Source: Octopus vulgaris
Taxonomy: Eukaryota
DNA: 64,000 nt
Direction of reading: 5' to 3'
Assembly: GCA_951406725.2 (NCBI GenBank)
Contig: OX597828.1
Coordinates: 74,648,001 to 74,712,000 of the forward strand
Shown here: positions 1 through 12,350 of the stretch, piece by piece
How positions within the stretch are numbered: the first letter of the stretch is position 1
Layout: every line of letters begins with the position of its first letter
Notes under the pieces: generated by a model
What the model saw: only the letters and a program-made list of their open reading frames with translations
Databases searched by the model: none
Told to the model about the DNA's origin: nothing
Position numbers and translations under genes: made by a program

Positions 1-101
1 GTACCAGTTATGCATTGGGGTCGATATAATCGACTTAATCCGTTTGTCTGTCCTTGTTTGTCCCCTCTGTGTGTAGCCCCTTGTAGGTAGTAAAGAAATA
101 A
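1..101 (+). mobile_element. 3' end of Nin/Deu-domain-type tRNA SINE (family N)
   Basis: GTACCAGTT..GGGGTCGAT..AATCGAC core plus TAGCCCCTTGT..TAAAGAAATA tail, matching fuller copies at 16736 and 42147. Confidence 0.8.
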
Positions 102-603
102 GAAATGCTGCTAAGTATCTGTCCCGTCGCGGAAACGATTCTGTCAACTCGCCACCTAAAAATATCGATTTATATTAATGTCGGGTTCACTAATTGCGAA
201 ATGGGTTCACTAGCGAAGGTTAATATATTTAAGTGAGGATCAGGTCACTGAAGCATGATCATCAACTCATAAATTTAATTACATCAATTAATATTTATAA
301 TTGATGTCATTGAGTCACAATACAATTGAAACACCAATCGTCTCGTAGATATGAAGCGATAAGTTTATACTAACTCTAAGGATTAATCAGTCAAACAATA
401 AACTTACTGTAACTTGGATTAATATGTTCAGTGGATGGTTGCTCAGGAATTCAGTTTATGATCTTTGAAGGTGCTATATGGTTTCTTTGGAGAGTAAAAT
501 TTCAAGTAGAATGTCTATATTTAAACTAATTGCAATTCCTTTAGCGTTTAAGATACAGAATCAGATTTAGCGAGTTTCTGGAAGAAATTATGTACGGAGA
601 TAT

Positions 604-636
<33 letters not shown>

Positions 637-932
637 CTTACATGCGTGAGTATGTGTAAGTGTTGACATGTGTTTTTAGAAAAGCGTTTACGCACACACA
701 CACACACACACACACACATGTTCTCGACCGAACCTTTAGATCTTTTAGTAACTCTTGTGCTTATTCTTGGTTGATAATGATAATCGTAATAATACACATT
801 TCACACACATCCACATACTTACACATACACAAACACACACACACGCGCGCTTGGTTGCAGAAAGCAAAAGAAGGAAAAAAGGACAAAGTACGCTCATTCA
901 CTCTTATTTCCCCGAAGCCTTCACCTTGAAAT

Positions 933-1097
<165 letters not shown>

Positions 1098-1592
1098 CAA
1101 CACTGAAACAATGGCTATAATGTTCAAAGACACTCCTTAAGCATGCCTTATATTTTACACACACACACACACATACGCGCGTGCGCGCATACACACATAC
1201 AGACATATGTGCACGCTTATACACACAAAAACAAGTACTGGCATATACACACATATACACACACATGAATCCACATAGTAATCTGAAATCTGGTGGCAAT
1301 TTAGTCTTTGCTGTTACGTACAAACAGTGCCATGTTTGTATAAAATCAGCAAAACATCTCTACCAACACCACCGCTACCACCATCACTAGCAACAACAAC
1401 AACAACAACAACATGATGCTATTTATATCTCATGGCATTACAACCCATCCTGTACCATCCTGTCGGTAATATTTTGTTTCAATTTGGTTCACTGTTGAGT
1501 TTATATTTTTTGGTAAGCAAGAAAGAAACGACTTTGAAATCGTTTTTTTTTTTGTATATTAGGATAATTAGAGACATGACAAGCAGATTGTG

Positions 1593-1643
<51 letters not shown>

Positions 1644-1644
1644 C

Positions 1645-1822
1645 AATAATAATAAAGGGTAAAATTAATTAACTAGTAATCAATAATTCTATCAAGTAGT
1701 GTTCATCATGTTAAAAGGACCATTTACGGTAAACTTAAACATTACTTTATATAATTATGAGTATAATTATAATTTTTTTGCTGAACCCTAATTATAATTA
1801 TACTCGTAATTATATAAAGTAA

Positions 1823-1825
<3 letters not shown>
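1645..1825. mobile_element. Fold-back insertion between microsatellites, probable PLE pseudo-LTR relic
   Basis: 36-bp inverted arms 1739-1774 / 1790-1825 (1 mismatch) preceded by an AT-rich tail; flanked by (TG)n and (TG)/(TA)n. Confidence 0.55.
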
Positions 1826-1876
<51 letters not shown>

Positions 1877-2317
1877 TATATAGACACACACATATATAGA
1901 AACATGTGTATGTACTTATATAAGCTTATGAGTATTTGTAAAAAATATATATATACATACACAAACATGCGTGTATAAATGCATATATACGTGTATATAT
2001 CAATTATTCCAAGAATCATCGTTTTTCCTGGTTTGTTAGACATTAGGAAAAACTGCAACTTAATATCTAATTAAGCTCCAACAACGCTCACCTAAATTAA
2101 TGTTGCTAATTGTCTTATGTAATTTATATTTCGCTAATTTTAACAGTTAATGTCTATTTTGTAACAATGGGGTTAGTTGCTGTCATAAATATAGAATTTG
2201 TTATAATGTTTATTGTGTTAGCGGAAGAATAAACTGGTTGGTGGTTAAGTGACGACGAACTTATCTGTGGTCCTCGTGCAAATGGTAGTTCGGCAGCAGT
2301 TTCGACTTGTTAAACGC

Positions 2318-2632
2318 TTTTATTTTTTTTATTTATGCACCCTTTTCAAGCCTAGCCAGGCTCATGGGCCCGGTTTCCCGGTTTCTGTGTTCCACCCCAG
2401 CTGGACGGGACGCCAGTCCATCGCAGCGTTACTCAAAAAACAGGAAGAGAGAGTGAGAGAAAGTTGTGGCGAAAGAGTAAAACAGGGGTCGCCACCACCC
2501 CCAGCCGGAGTCTCGTGGAGCTTTTAGGTGTTTTCGCTCAATAAATACACACAACGCCCGGTCTGGGAATCGAAACCGCGATCCTCCGACCGCGAGTCCG
2601 CTGCCCTAACCACTGGGCCATTACGCATCCAC
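2318..2632 (-). mobile_element. tRNA-Arg-like-headed SINE (OR1-like head, tail type i)
   Basis: Minus-strand A box TGGCCCAGTGG, B-box-like GTTTCGATTCCC, A-rich tail; homologues at 55063 and 62960. Confidence 0.85.
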
Positions 2633-2659
2633 TTTAAACGTTTATATAGCTTATATTTA

Positions 2660-2890
2660 CAGTTCTATATTTAAGAGATGAGAAATTATTTACATTTGAC
2701 GGATATGCCCACGGGCATATAGCGTAGTGGTTAAAAACGCGGGCCACTAACACCAAGATTGCGAGTTCGATTCCAGGCAGTGACCTTAATAATAATAATA
2801 ATATCGAAAAATACCTTAGGAACGAGAATGTTGGGGGGTATATCAGCCGAAACGAACAAGATGAGGACAAATATCCGTCAAATGTAAATA
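2660..2890 (+). mobile_element. tRNA-headed SINE with 5' inverted copy of its own 3' tail, 12-bp TSD
   Basis: A box TAGCGTAGTGG 2720-2730; B box GTTCGATTCC 2765-2774; 21-bp inverted repeat 2686-2706 / 2871-2891; TSD AGCTTATATTTA at 2648-2659 and 2891-2902. Confidence 0.8.
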
Positions 2891-2945
2891 AGCTTATATT
2901 TATATTTTAAATATCTTAAGCGCTGATCTATAATATTTATTAAAT

Positions 2946-3307
2946 AGGCTCAGCTATGGCTGTGTGGTTAAACAGCTCGTATGCAACCACGTTGTCTGAC
3001 ACCACCTTGGGCAAGTATAATATCTACTATAATCCCGGATCGACCAATGCCACTATGAGCGTATTTGATAGTAAGAAACCCTTTAGAAGCTCATCGTGTG
3101 TGCGTGTACGTGTGAGTGTGTCTCCATCCGCCACATGACAACCGGTGTTAGTTTGTTTACGAGCCCCTAATTCAGTGGTTCGACAAGAGAAACTGATCGA
3201 ATAAATACCAGACTTGAATAGGTAGTGTAGTCGATTTGTCCGACTAAACCTTTCAAGACGGTGCCCCAGCATGGCCACAGTCTAACGACCGAAACAAGTA
3301 GAAGATG
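2946..3307 (+). mobile_element. Diverged family A SINE (tRNA-like head, internal microsatellite, GAAACAAGTA tail)
   Basis: Collinear similarity to younger copies at 39751, 52174, 17650. Confidence 0.75.
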
Positions 3308-3389
3308 AATATTCCCAGATCCACAAATTAACCACACGGATTAAATGGAAGTTCTTATATATATCAGGATTTGAAGAAAACATAGGGAG

Positions 3390-3726
3390 GGGGAGACCCC
3401 CTTCGGTCATGAATGACCGTGGGATTGCACCTAGAAAGTTACCCTCCGAGGCACAAGTCCGGGCAAGATTGTTTATGGAAGACCAGCAATCGCCCATGCA
3501 TACCAGACTCCCCTCTCCACGGCACTGATGTTATCCAAGGGAAAGGCAAAGGGGTCGATACAGCTTGAGACCAGTGACATCGCAACTCATTTCTACAGCT
3601 GAATGAACTGGAGCAACGTGAAAGTGTCTTGCTCAAGAACACAACAAGCAGCCCGGTCCGGGAATCGAACTCACAACCTCACGACCGTAAGCTCGACGCT
3701 CTAACCACTGGGCTATGCGCCTTCAC
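3390..3726 (-). mobile_element. tRNA-derived SINE (OR2-like head)
   Basis: Minus strand GTGAAGGCGCATAGCCCAGTGG...GAGTTCGATTCCCGG A/B boxes then TTCTTGAGCAAGACACTT core; head also at 4457, 41502, 53293. Confidence 0.8.
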
Positions 3727-3804
3727 TTGAAGATATTGGCATAGGTTTGTCGCAAGAAGCAAAGCAAATTTAAACTGAACAAAATGTAAAGAAAAGTAAA
3801 GAAT

Positions 3805-3855
<51 letters not shown>

Positions 3856-3976
3856 GTCTCGTTTCTCTGTTTCTTTTGTTGTTCGAAAAATGCTCGTTTT
3901 CCATGTTTTTGTTCTTTTATGTTCTCGTTTTTCATTGTTTCAAGATTTTTGACGTCCTGTACCCATATATGCATGT

Positions 3977-4009
<33 letters not shown>

Positions 4010-4206
4010 ATTTTGAAAGCGGGAGAGTAACGGAGAGAGAGAATATGTGTGATAAAGTCAGAGACACATAGTGAGATGGAGAGAAAGAGAGAGAGACATA
4101 GAGATAGAAAAAGAGAGAGAGAGAAACAGACAGTGAAGATAAGACAGTGATTAAGAAAGAGAGTGCAATAAGAGGTATAAAGTGTGAAACGATAATCTGG
4201 CTCCTT

Positions 4207-4250
<44 letters not shown>

Positions 4251-4416
4251 GTGAGTGAGATTCAGACAGACAGAGGTAAGTATTTATTCATAATTTATAA
4301 CGACTGAATCACTCATTTACTATTATTTAAAGGAAACTTGAAAATTGCATTTATTTCAAACGTGATTAGGTCTGAGATCATCGTGAAGTGTCGGCACTAA
4401 AACAATACATTATGTT

Positions 4417-4455
<39 letters not shown>

Positions 4456-4456
4456 A

Positions 4457-4625
4457 GTGAAGATGCATGGCACTCACGATCGTGCGATTGTGGCTTCATT
4501 TCTCGGGCCAGGTAGAGCACTGTGTTCTTGAGTAAGACATTTCATTTCACGTTGTTCCAGTGCATTCACCTGTAAATAAGTATCCCTGGAACGGTCTGCC
4601 GTCCCAGCCAGGAGCGATATCGCGA
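4457..4625 (+). mobile_element. Decayed OR2-like SINE fragment
   Basis: TGTTCTTGAGTAAGACATTTCATTTCACGTTG core shared with 3390-3726. Confidence 0.6.
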
Positions 4626-5042
4626 TTTCGGTCATTTACCACGATGAATCATAAGACTCAAGACAGTAAGGTTTAGGGTTGCTGTTTGATTATGATGATG
4701 GTGATTGTGTTATTTTCAGGAATTCTAAGAATAATGACAGAACACTTCTTAGTGGAAAAACGCAAATGATAAAATTTATGAAATTAGTTTTGATTAGAAC
4801 TTCGAGTTTGGCCCAACAGCTGATTCAGCCACACATTACTGAGCATGCGTAATTGCAGTTATTTGGCAAGTGGTTTGATATAAAAGAAGAAAAAAACCCT
4901 TGTGTCACTTCGAAAACTTTTCACTGTTTCGCGAGAATATTTCTAATTTCTGTACTATTAGCTGGTCTAAGAGGTTTCGGCGAACGTTCAAAACGAGGTC
5001 ACTGGCTCTCCACTTCACAATGGTTAATATGTTTCCGTGGAA

Positions 5043-5074
<32 letters not shown>

Positions 5075-5456
5075 TAATAATAATAATAATAATAATAATA
5101 ATGCTTTGAACAGTGGAACAAGTATTCAGACTCTTGAAAAAAAAAAGAAGTCATCAACAAAGTGTTTTGGGATGGAGCAGCAGCAGCAGCAGCAGCAGCA
5201 GATACTTATGACGTGGTGATGGTTCTTAAAAATAACACCATACACACGCACACACACACGCGCGCGCATATACGTACGAATGTGTGTGTGTGTGCATATA
5301 CATTCATAGATCTATGTGTATATCATATATATATATATGTGTGTGTGTGTGTGTATATATATATATACACATATATATATGTATATGTATATATATATGT
5401 ATATATATATATATATATACATATATATACGCATAGATAGCTAGCTAGATAGAATC

Positions 5457-5526
<70 letters not shown>

Positions 5527-5877
5527 CGATCGTTTTAATTGGAAATTTTCAGGATTTAAGCGTTTTCCTTTTCTCCCAACAAATTTCTTATAAAGTGGCA
5601 TTATAAAGAATTTGACCGCTTTAAACCCTTTCATCTACTTACTATCATTATTATTAAAGGTATGTTATTTTCTTAGAAATTGAAAGGATCGATAAACGGA
5701 TATGAGTGCATAAGTAACTACATCTATCGAAATACATGTGAGCGTGCTAGTGTTTTGGAATTGCGAGGATGATCCGGTTCTTGACTGAAGATAAAAGGCT
5801 TCGAATGACCCGTCTGTGTTTTTTTTTGTATCGTCTATCCGGATGTTTTTGTTGTCCCGTTTTGCGTTCTAGTCCCA

Positions 5878-5886
<9 letters not shown>
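5527..5886 (+). mobile_element. Unique insert between two (TA)n tracts; possible old PLE 3' relic
   Basis: Flanked both sides by (TA)n; internal hairpin CAAATTTCTTTATAA/TTATAAAGAATTTG; peptide FKRFPF..DRFKPF weakly resembles a PLE ORF C-terminus. Confidence 0.35.
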
Positions 5887-5920
<34 letters not shown>

Positions 5921-5973
5921 CGGCGTGCGTACACTGTGTTCTCCTCTCTCTCTCTCTCTCTGTATATATACAC

Positions 5974-6010
<37 letters not shown>

Positions 6011-6016
<6 letters not shown>

Positions 6017-6295
6017 GGATGACCTGTAAGTGGACATTTCTTATGCTAGAAGATCCGCTATGGTCTTACCATTAAGAAAGGAACGTTCTCAAGAAAATTT
6101 TCTTGAGAACGTTCCTTTCTTAATGGTAAGACCATAGCGGATCTTCTTCTAGCATAAGAGATATCCACTTACAGGTCATCCCTCTTATATGTATGTAATA
6201 TAATCTTTTCTGAAACTTCAGATTTTTCAATATGCTAGACCACTGGTTTTAAATTGATATTAATATTCAGTTTTTCATCCTTATTATTTTAAATA
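6011..6295. mobile_element. Spacerless ~177-bp palindrome plus AT-rich tail inserted in microsatellite; probable PLE inverted pseudo-LTR junction
   Basis: Arms 6011-6097 / 6098-6187 with 2 substitutions and one 3-nt indel; tail 6190-6295 resembles the reverse of 1645-1700. Confidence 0.65.
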
Positions 6296-6909
6296 TATAT
6301 ATATATATATACTAGACATAAGTTTCATAAGCTACAAAATATAAATATCGACACAAACGCACCTGAAACGTCCCTCTTATAACTCTTTATCTTGATTTAA
6401 ATGTATGTGGAGGTATTTAGAAATGTCCAAACTTATTTCTGCAGATGTGCTAAGCACTGATGCTGATCATGGTTTAATCAATAAGTGTAGCAGTGAGGTA
6501 AATGCAGTAAAAATAGGAGAGGGGTTCAGTGAGGCCCCATTTAAGCGGCCCTTCAGAAATTGAGCCTCCTTACGATGATACTCCCTTGGAGTTCATGGTA
6601 TGAAATTCATTGTCGTTGCTCCGATTTAGTCGCCAATGCCATGTATTTAGTTTAAAATGCAGTAAAAATAAGGGTAGGCAGTTGGTCCCCAATTAGGCAG
6701 CCCTTAATAAAATATGTGCGTGTGCGCGTGTGTTTGTGTGTGTCTCCCCACTTGACAGCTGTCGTTTGTATGTTTACGTTCAACGTAACTGAGCTGTTCG
6801 GCAAATAAAAATCGATGAAGTAAATACCAAACAATATGTAAAGGAATCAGCCCGATTGACTGGAATCTTCAAGACGGAGCTCCAGCATGGTCGCCGACAA
6901 ATGAAAGAT

Positions 6910-6957
<48 letters not shown>

Positions 6958-7128
6958 CATGTCAAATTTATACCACGAAAGGAATCGAACCTCACATCCA
7001 TCGGTTGCCGGGTGGCGGTGTTTACCGAATACACCGAGCGGTTAAACTAAACCATTTGGTCTCGTTTAACACGAGAATCTCAGACAATTTGCTAACAGTA
7101 TTACCACCATATACATGTGATCATGTGT

Positions 7129-7169
<41 letters not shown>

Positions 7170-7269
7170 CACACACGCGCGCGCGCATACACACATAGTG
7201 ACAGACGTGTCCACGTAAGTTTAAGTTGAAAGTCATTCTCGGCCCGGAGGATTGGTAATGATAATGTGA

Positions 7270-7305
<36 letters not shown>

Positions 7306-7689
7306 AAGAGAGTGAGACAGAGACAGAAAAAGAAAAGGAGAGAGTGAGTGCGTGTGTGTGCACGTGCGTATATGTGCGTGTGTGTATGTGTAACACGCGT
7401 GTATATACGTCCCCGTTATTCATCATCGTTATTCAGAATTTCTTGAATAAGTGACAGTCACAAGATGGGAAACCAGCTTTTGTCCAACGTTCACACAAAG
7501 CCGTTGTGAGCCATTTCAATGTTGGTCATAAGACTCACATCTGATTGTGGCACGAAAACAGTCTGACTAAATTCACAGAAGTGAGTGCGAACACACTTAA
7601 CGTACTCAACACAAATAACAACAGCAATAAAAAAAAATAATCCTTTCTACTTACTATACGTACAAAGCCTAAACTTTGTGTGTGTATGT

Positions 7690-8615
7690 GGGGTGGGGGG
7701 ACTAGTTGATTACATCGACCCCAGTGCGCCACTGGTACTTAATTTATCGATTCCGAAAGGATCAAAAGGCAAAGTCGATCTCGGCGGAATTTGAACTCAG
7801 AACATAAAGACCGACGAAATGCCGCTAAACATTTCGCCCCCGGCCAACTAACGATTCTGTCAGCTGACTGCCTTAATAACAATAACAACATTAATAATTC
7901 TCTATTGGCCTCAAGGGTTGCACACATTAACGGACGATATAAAATAAAGGACAGTGGGATCATGGCTACTTAGAACATGTAGAAGAAAATTAACAATAAG
8001 ATTATAGTCAATAATGGGGTGGGGGGAGGCTCGACACAGGGGCAACTAAGGAACCCCACAGGTCACGAGTCACACTCAACAGGTGCACCGTAAGTGCTTC
8101 TCCCTCCTTAAATTCTTGCCTAAGGGTGCATACCTAATGTTGGTTCATTTACTCAGGGAATTGTAATAATAATTATTTCTCCAATTAGCACAATACCTGA
8201 ACCTTTGGCGGAAAAAGCAAGTCGATTAAATCCACCCCAGTGTTCAGCTGGTACTATTTTATCGACCTCGATAGGATGAACGGCAAAGTCTCGAACTCGG
8301 AGGAATTAAAACTCAGAATGCAGAAAGCCGGAAGATTGCTGCCAAGCATCTCCTCCAACGAGCTAACGATTCTACCAGCAGACAGACTTCAAATAATAAC
8401 AATCCTTTCTACTATGGGTACAAGGCCTGAAATTTGGTGAATGGGGACAGTAGATTACATTGAAACCCGTATTCAACAGGTACTTATTTTATCGACCCCG
8501 AAATGATGAAAAGCAAATTCAACCTCAGCGAAATTTGAACTCAGATCGTAAAGACGGACGAAATGCCGCTAAGCATTCCACCCGGTGTGCTAACGACTCT
8601 GCCAGACCGTTGCCT
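7690..8615 (-). mobile_element. Cluster of three family N SINEs (approx. 7690-7875, 8175-8390, 8400-8615)
   Basis: Repeated TTTATCGAC(C)CCGAA..GATGAA..GCAAAGTC..GGAATTTGAACTCAGA blocks. Confidence 0.85.
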
Positions 8616-9096
8616 CACATTCTTTGACTATTTCCTTCCTTGTGTCATTGCAAAGGAATTTTTAATTACATTGTTTACAACACTCTTAACTCCAGTGTCT
8701 CTGCGTAACTCAATCTGCCATAAGTAAATTTCTATGAAATAAATTGTCGTTATTATTATTATTATTAAAGGTGGGTGAATGTTGGGAAAATGGTCAGTGT
8801 GAAAGGACCAATTCTGAGTATACACCTGTGAAAAATAAAAGAAGGGCTCTTGCCCTATTGATCAGGCACCCGTTGCATTTGTGCTTTTTTTTTCCACAAG
8901 CAATCTTAAAGCTCTCCCCACCCCTATTGAGAGGTTGACTCGTTTCATTTTTTCTGTTATTTACTGAGTACACGAACGTCAAAACCCTTTGTATCATCCG
9001 GATTTTGTCTTTCTATGTTATCGTATGTCCTTTTATGTTTATTTATATTAGCCCTTGTGGCCAATAAAAGAAGGAATTTCTATCATTAAAGCAGCG

Positions 9097-9548
9097 AAGG
9101 TGGCGAGCTGACCGAAGCGTTTCTGCACCGGGCGAAGTACTTAGCGGTATTTCGTCTGCCGTTACATTCTGAGTTCAAATTCCGCCGAGGTCGACTTTGC
9201 CTTTCATCCCTTTCGGGGTCAATAAATTAAGTTGAACCAGTTGAACACTGGGGTCGATGTAATCGGCTCATCCCTTCCTCCCGCAAGCTGCCATTGTGGC
9301 AAAAATTTGAAATAATTATTATTATTAAAGCGGCGAGCAGGCAGAATTGTCAGTACGCCGGGCAGAACGCCCAGTGACATTTCGTCCATCTTTACGGTCT
9401 GCGTTGAAATTCCACCGAGGTCGACTTCGCTTTTCATCGCTTTCGGGGTCGGTAAAATAATTACAAGTTGAGCACTGATACCGTATTTTATGAAACCGAC
9501 TCCCCCCCTACCCCAAATTGCTGGCCTTGTCTCAGAATTTGAAACCAT
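9097..9548 (+). mobile_element. Two head-to-tail family N SINEs
   Basis: AAGG(T/C)GGCGAGC heads, GAGTTCAAATTCC-type B box, CTTTCATC.CTTTCGGGGTC core, (ATT)n linker. Confidence 0.85.
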
Positions 9549-10089
9549 TGTCATTATTGTTGTTTTAATTTCGGCGAAGTCTTCCACTGGCAACGTTTTT
9601 CAATCTAGAAACACCATCCTAACATTATTTTCTCTCTCACTCGGTCGAGACACATCTGCAGCACTCCTCAACACTATTACAATATCATTCTAACAACACT
9701 ATCTCCGTCCCACAGTGGTAGGAGCAACCTTGTAAAGTCCCACTCTTTCTCTCAGTTGTTTTGTGAGAAGGAGTCCCTTTCGCCATAAATGGAAACGGGT
9801 TAATGAAAGGCCAAACATTTATTCTGATCTGGTATTGAATCTGTCGAAGGCCAGACCAATGTGCGGTACATGACGGAACTGAAGAGGAAATTATACTGTC
9901 AGCTAATAGAGCAAGTTGATTGGCTGACGAAAGTGCAACAAAATCGTTACACATTTTATTGCCATTACAATGACCAACACCAATAAGAGCAGCAGGTGGC
10001 TATCTTTGGTCCTGAAGGGTTTTCCCACCAAAGCATTTAAGATCGGCACTCGACCATTTTTGCTCACTCACCATTCTTAAGTACTTAAG

Positions 10090-10250
10090 TCTTGAAGAAA
10101 GAGAAAAGGAAGAAATAGAAGAAAAACAAGGAGATGAAGAACAAAAGGGGAATGAAGAAAATGAACAACAATATGAAGGAGATGATGAAGAAGAGAGGGA
10201 AGAAGAAAAAGAAAGATATAAGGAGGAGGAGGAGGAGGAAGGCGAAGTGG
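10090..10250. repeat. Purine-rich (GAA/GGA)n low-complexity tract
   Basis: Directly visible. Confidence 0.85.
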
Positions 10251-10837
10251 AAAGATGTTGTTCACAAGTGTGAGAACCCAATTACGTTATTCATTCACAA
10301 GAAGGCGATCCTGTTTTTATCTCGTTCATTTATTTTTAATTAGAAAACTTCATTGACCTTGGATGACCTTCAACCCTCACCCACCCCCCGTCATACCACT
10401 CCATAAACCTCACCATTATCACCACCTTCATCATTATCTCCTCCACAAAAACCATCATTCCGTCACTCCCACCCTACAATAATTTGGGTTCTCACAGACA
10501 TTTCAATTTCTTGGCTTTTTTTTTTCCAAAGTTACGGGAATCAAAAATTAGAAAAAAACAAAAAAACAGTAGATTATTCTTCGTTAAAAGATGGGTAAAT
10601 GTAACAAGGAATACACAGAGTGAATGTGCTTGCTTTGAGCTTGTGCATGTAGGTTAGAAGGATAAGATGCGAAATGAGTACCTCCTTGTGGTGCCCTTGG
10701 CGAGCAGGGATGATCTAAGATCGGTAGGACTACTTGGTTGCCTCAGGGTGGTACTCACCCACCACATTGGGAGATTTCTTGTTAATTGCTATTGACCTTT
10801 GTCTTGTACCCAATAAATTATCATCATCATCATCATT

Positions 10838-11640
10838 AAGGTGAGGGCAGCGAACTGGCAAAATGGTTAGCGCACCTGGCGAAATGCTCGGCAGTATTTC
10901 GTCTGCCGCTACGTTCTGAGTTCAAATTCCGCAGAGATCGACTTTGCCCTTCATCCTTTCGGGGTCGATAAATTAAGTACCAGTTTCGTACTGGAGTCGA
11001 TGTAATCGACTTAATCCCTTCCCCCAAATTTGAGGCCTTGTGCTTCCAAGAGAAAGGATTATCTTTATTAAGGTGAAGATCTGGCAGAATGGTTATCACG
11101 CCGGACAAATCGCTTGGCGGCGTTTCGTAAGTCCTTACATCTCGAGTTCTAATTCCACCGAGGTCAAATTTTGTCTTTCATTCTTTCGAGATCAATAAAA
11201 TAAATACCATTTGAGCTCCGGGATCGATGCAATCGACTATACCCACCTCCAAAATTTCAGGCCTCGCGCCTGCAGTAGAAATAATTATGTTGGGGTCAAC
11301 TTTGCTTTCATTTCTATGGGGTCGACGAAATAAAGTACCGATCAAGTCATGGGAGCGATGTAATCGGCTGACCTCCTCCCACTAAAATTGTGACATTATT
11401 ATTATTATTATTATGAGTAGTAGTAGTAGTAGTAGTAATGTTGTTAAGGCGGCAAGCTAGCTTAGCGGCATTTCGTCCGTCTTTACGTTCTAAGTTCAAG
11501 TTCCGCCGAGGTGGACTTTGCCTTTCATCACTTTCGGGGTCAATAAATTAAGTCCCAGTATAAGTACTGGGTTTCATGTGACCGACTATGCCCCTCCCCA
11601 CAAGTTCCAGGCCTTGTGCCTATATTAGAAAGGATTATTA
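10838..11640 (+). mobile_element. Tandem array of four family N SINEs (some truncated)
   Basis: Units begin near 10838, 11068, 11290 and 11445, separated by (ATT)/(AGT)n linkers. Confidence 0.85.
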
Positions 11641-11749
11641 ATATTGTTGTTGTTGTTTTGTTCTGGTCTCTTTTCGTGAGAGGAAGAAAGTAACTTGTTT
11701 GTAGTTTTCCAAGAACATAGAAAGCGTTCTTGGTTCATCCAAAGACGAG

Positions 11750-12232
11750 ATGGCATCGACCTTGGCAGATATTTTGAATTAAAAAATCCTTCATTGAGGA
11801 GGGTGGGGCATATGATGCTATATGTGACACTTAAAATCATAACGAGGCAGAGGAGTGCAAACCTCAATAGGAGTTCACACACCTGCCCATAAGATGATTC
11901 TGTCGCACCTGGAAAGGAGAAAAATAAGGGCCATTGTCAGGGTCATTGGGTACGATGTCGACCCTTGGCTAGGAGTCACCTTCATGGTACAATACGACCA
12001 AGGGATCAGTGCAGATATAACACTTAATGGCATGTGGTCGGGTGGGATCACCATTGAAATAGAAGACTTCATGAGGACCACAAGACCACAATATCAGAAT
12101 TGTGCCTTGTGTCGAGGATACAAGTGTTGTCGGGTGGAAGATGATGAAACGCAGCATCCCATGAAGGTGACTTTGTTGCTTCACATGCAGCAGCAAAAGC
12201 TCTTTAAAGGATTTTCTGTACAGAAAGTCTAA
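11750..12232 (+). pseudogene. Decayed intronless ORF of unknown family (copy C of the CxLC module)
   Basis: ATG 11750 is in frame with the 125-aa open segment 11855-12232; intervening stops are TGA/TAA, each one C>T change from CGA/CAA; complex protein-like sequence. Confidence 0.55.
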
Positions 12233-12350
12233 AACATCTAAAGCAACAATAGCATATCGTGGGTTGGGGGTGTTATCGTTTCCAAGCCGACACCAGACAC
12301 AACTCGTGAGTCACGACTAAATCCCCCTTCGTCATTGCCAGGAGGAAATC

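Noticed and set aside
2707-2780. tRNA gene call, and likewise for other SINE heads
   Set aside because: A/B boxes are present, but acceptor stems do not pair properly and each head continues into a repeat body
10000-10343. Glu/Lys- or Ser-rich ORFs
   Set aside because: Low-complexity purine tract with no start or splice context supporting a CDS
12090-12135. CxxC read as a Fanzor/TnpB zinc finger or gag zinc knuckle
   Set aside because: No second CxxC with downstream RuvC D-x-N-A motif and no CX2CX4HX4C spacing
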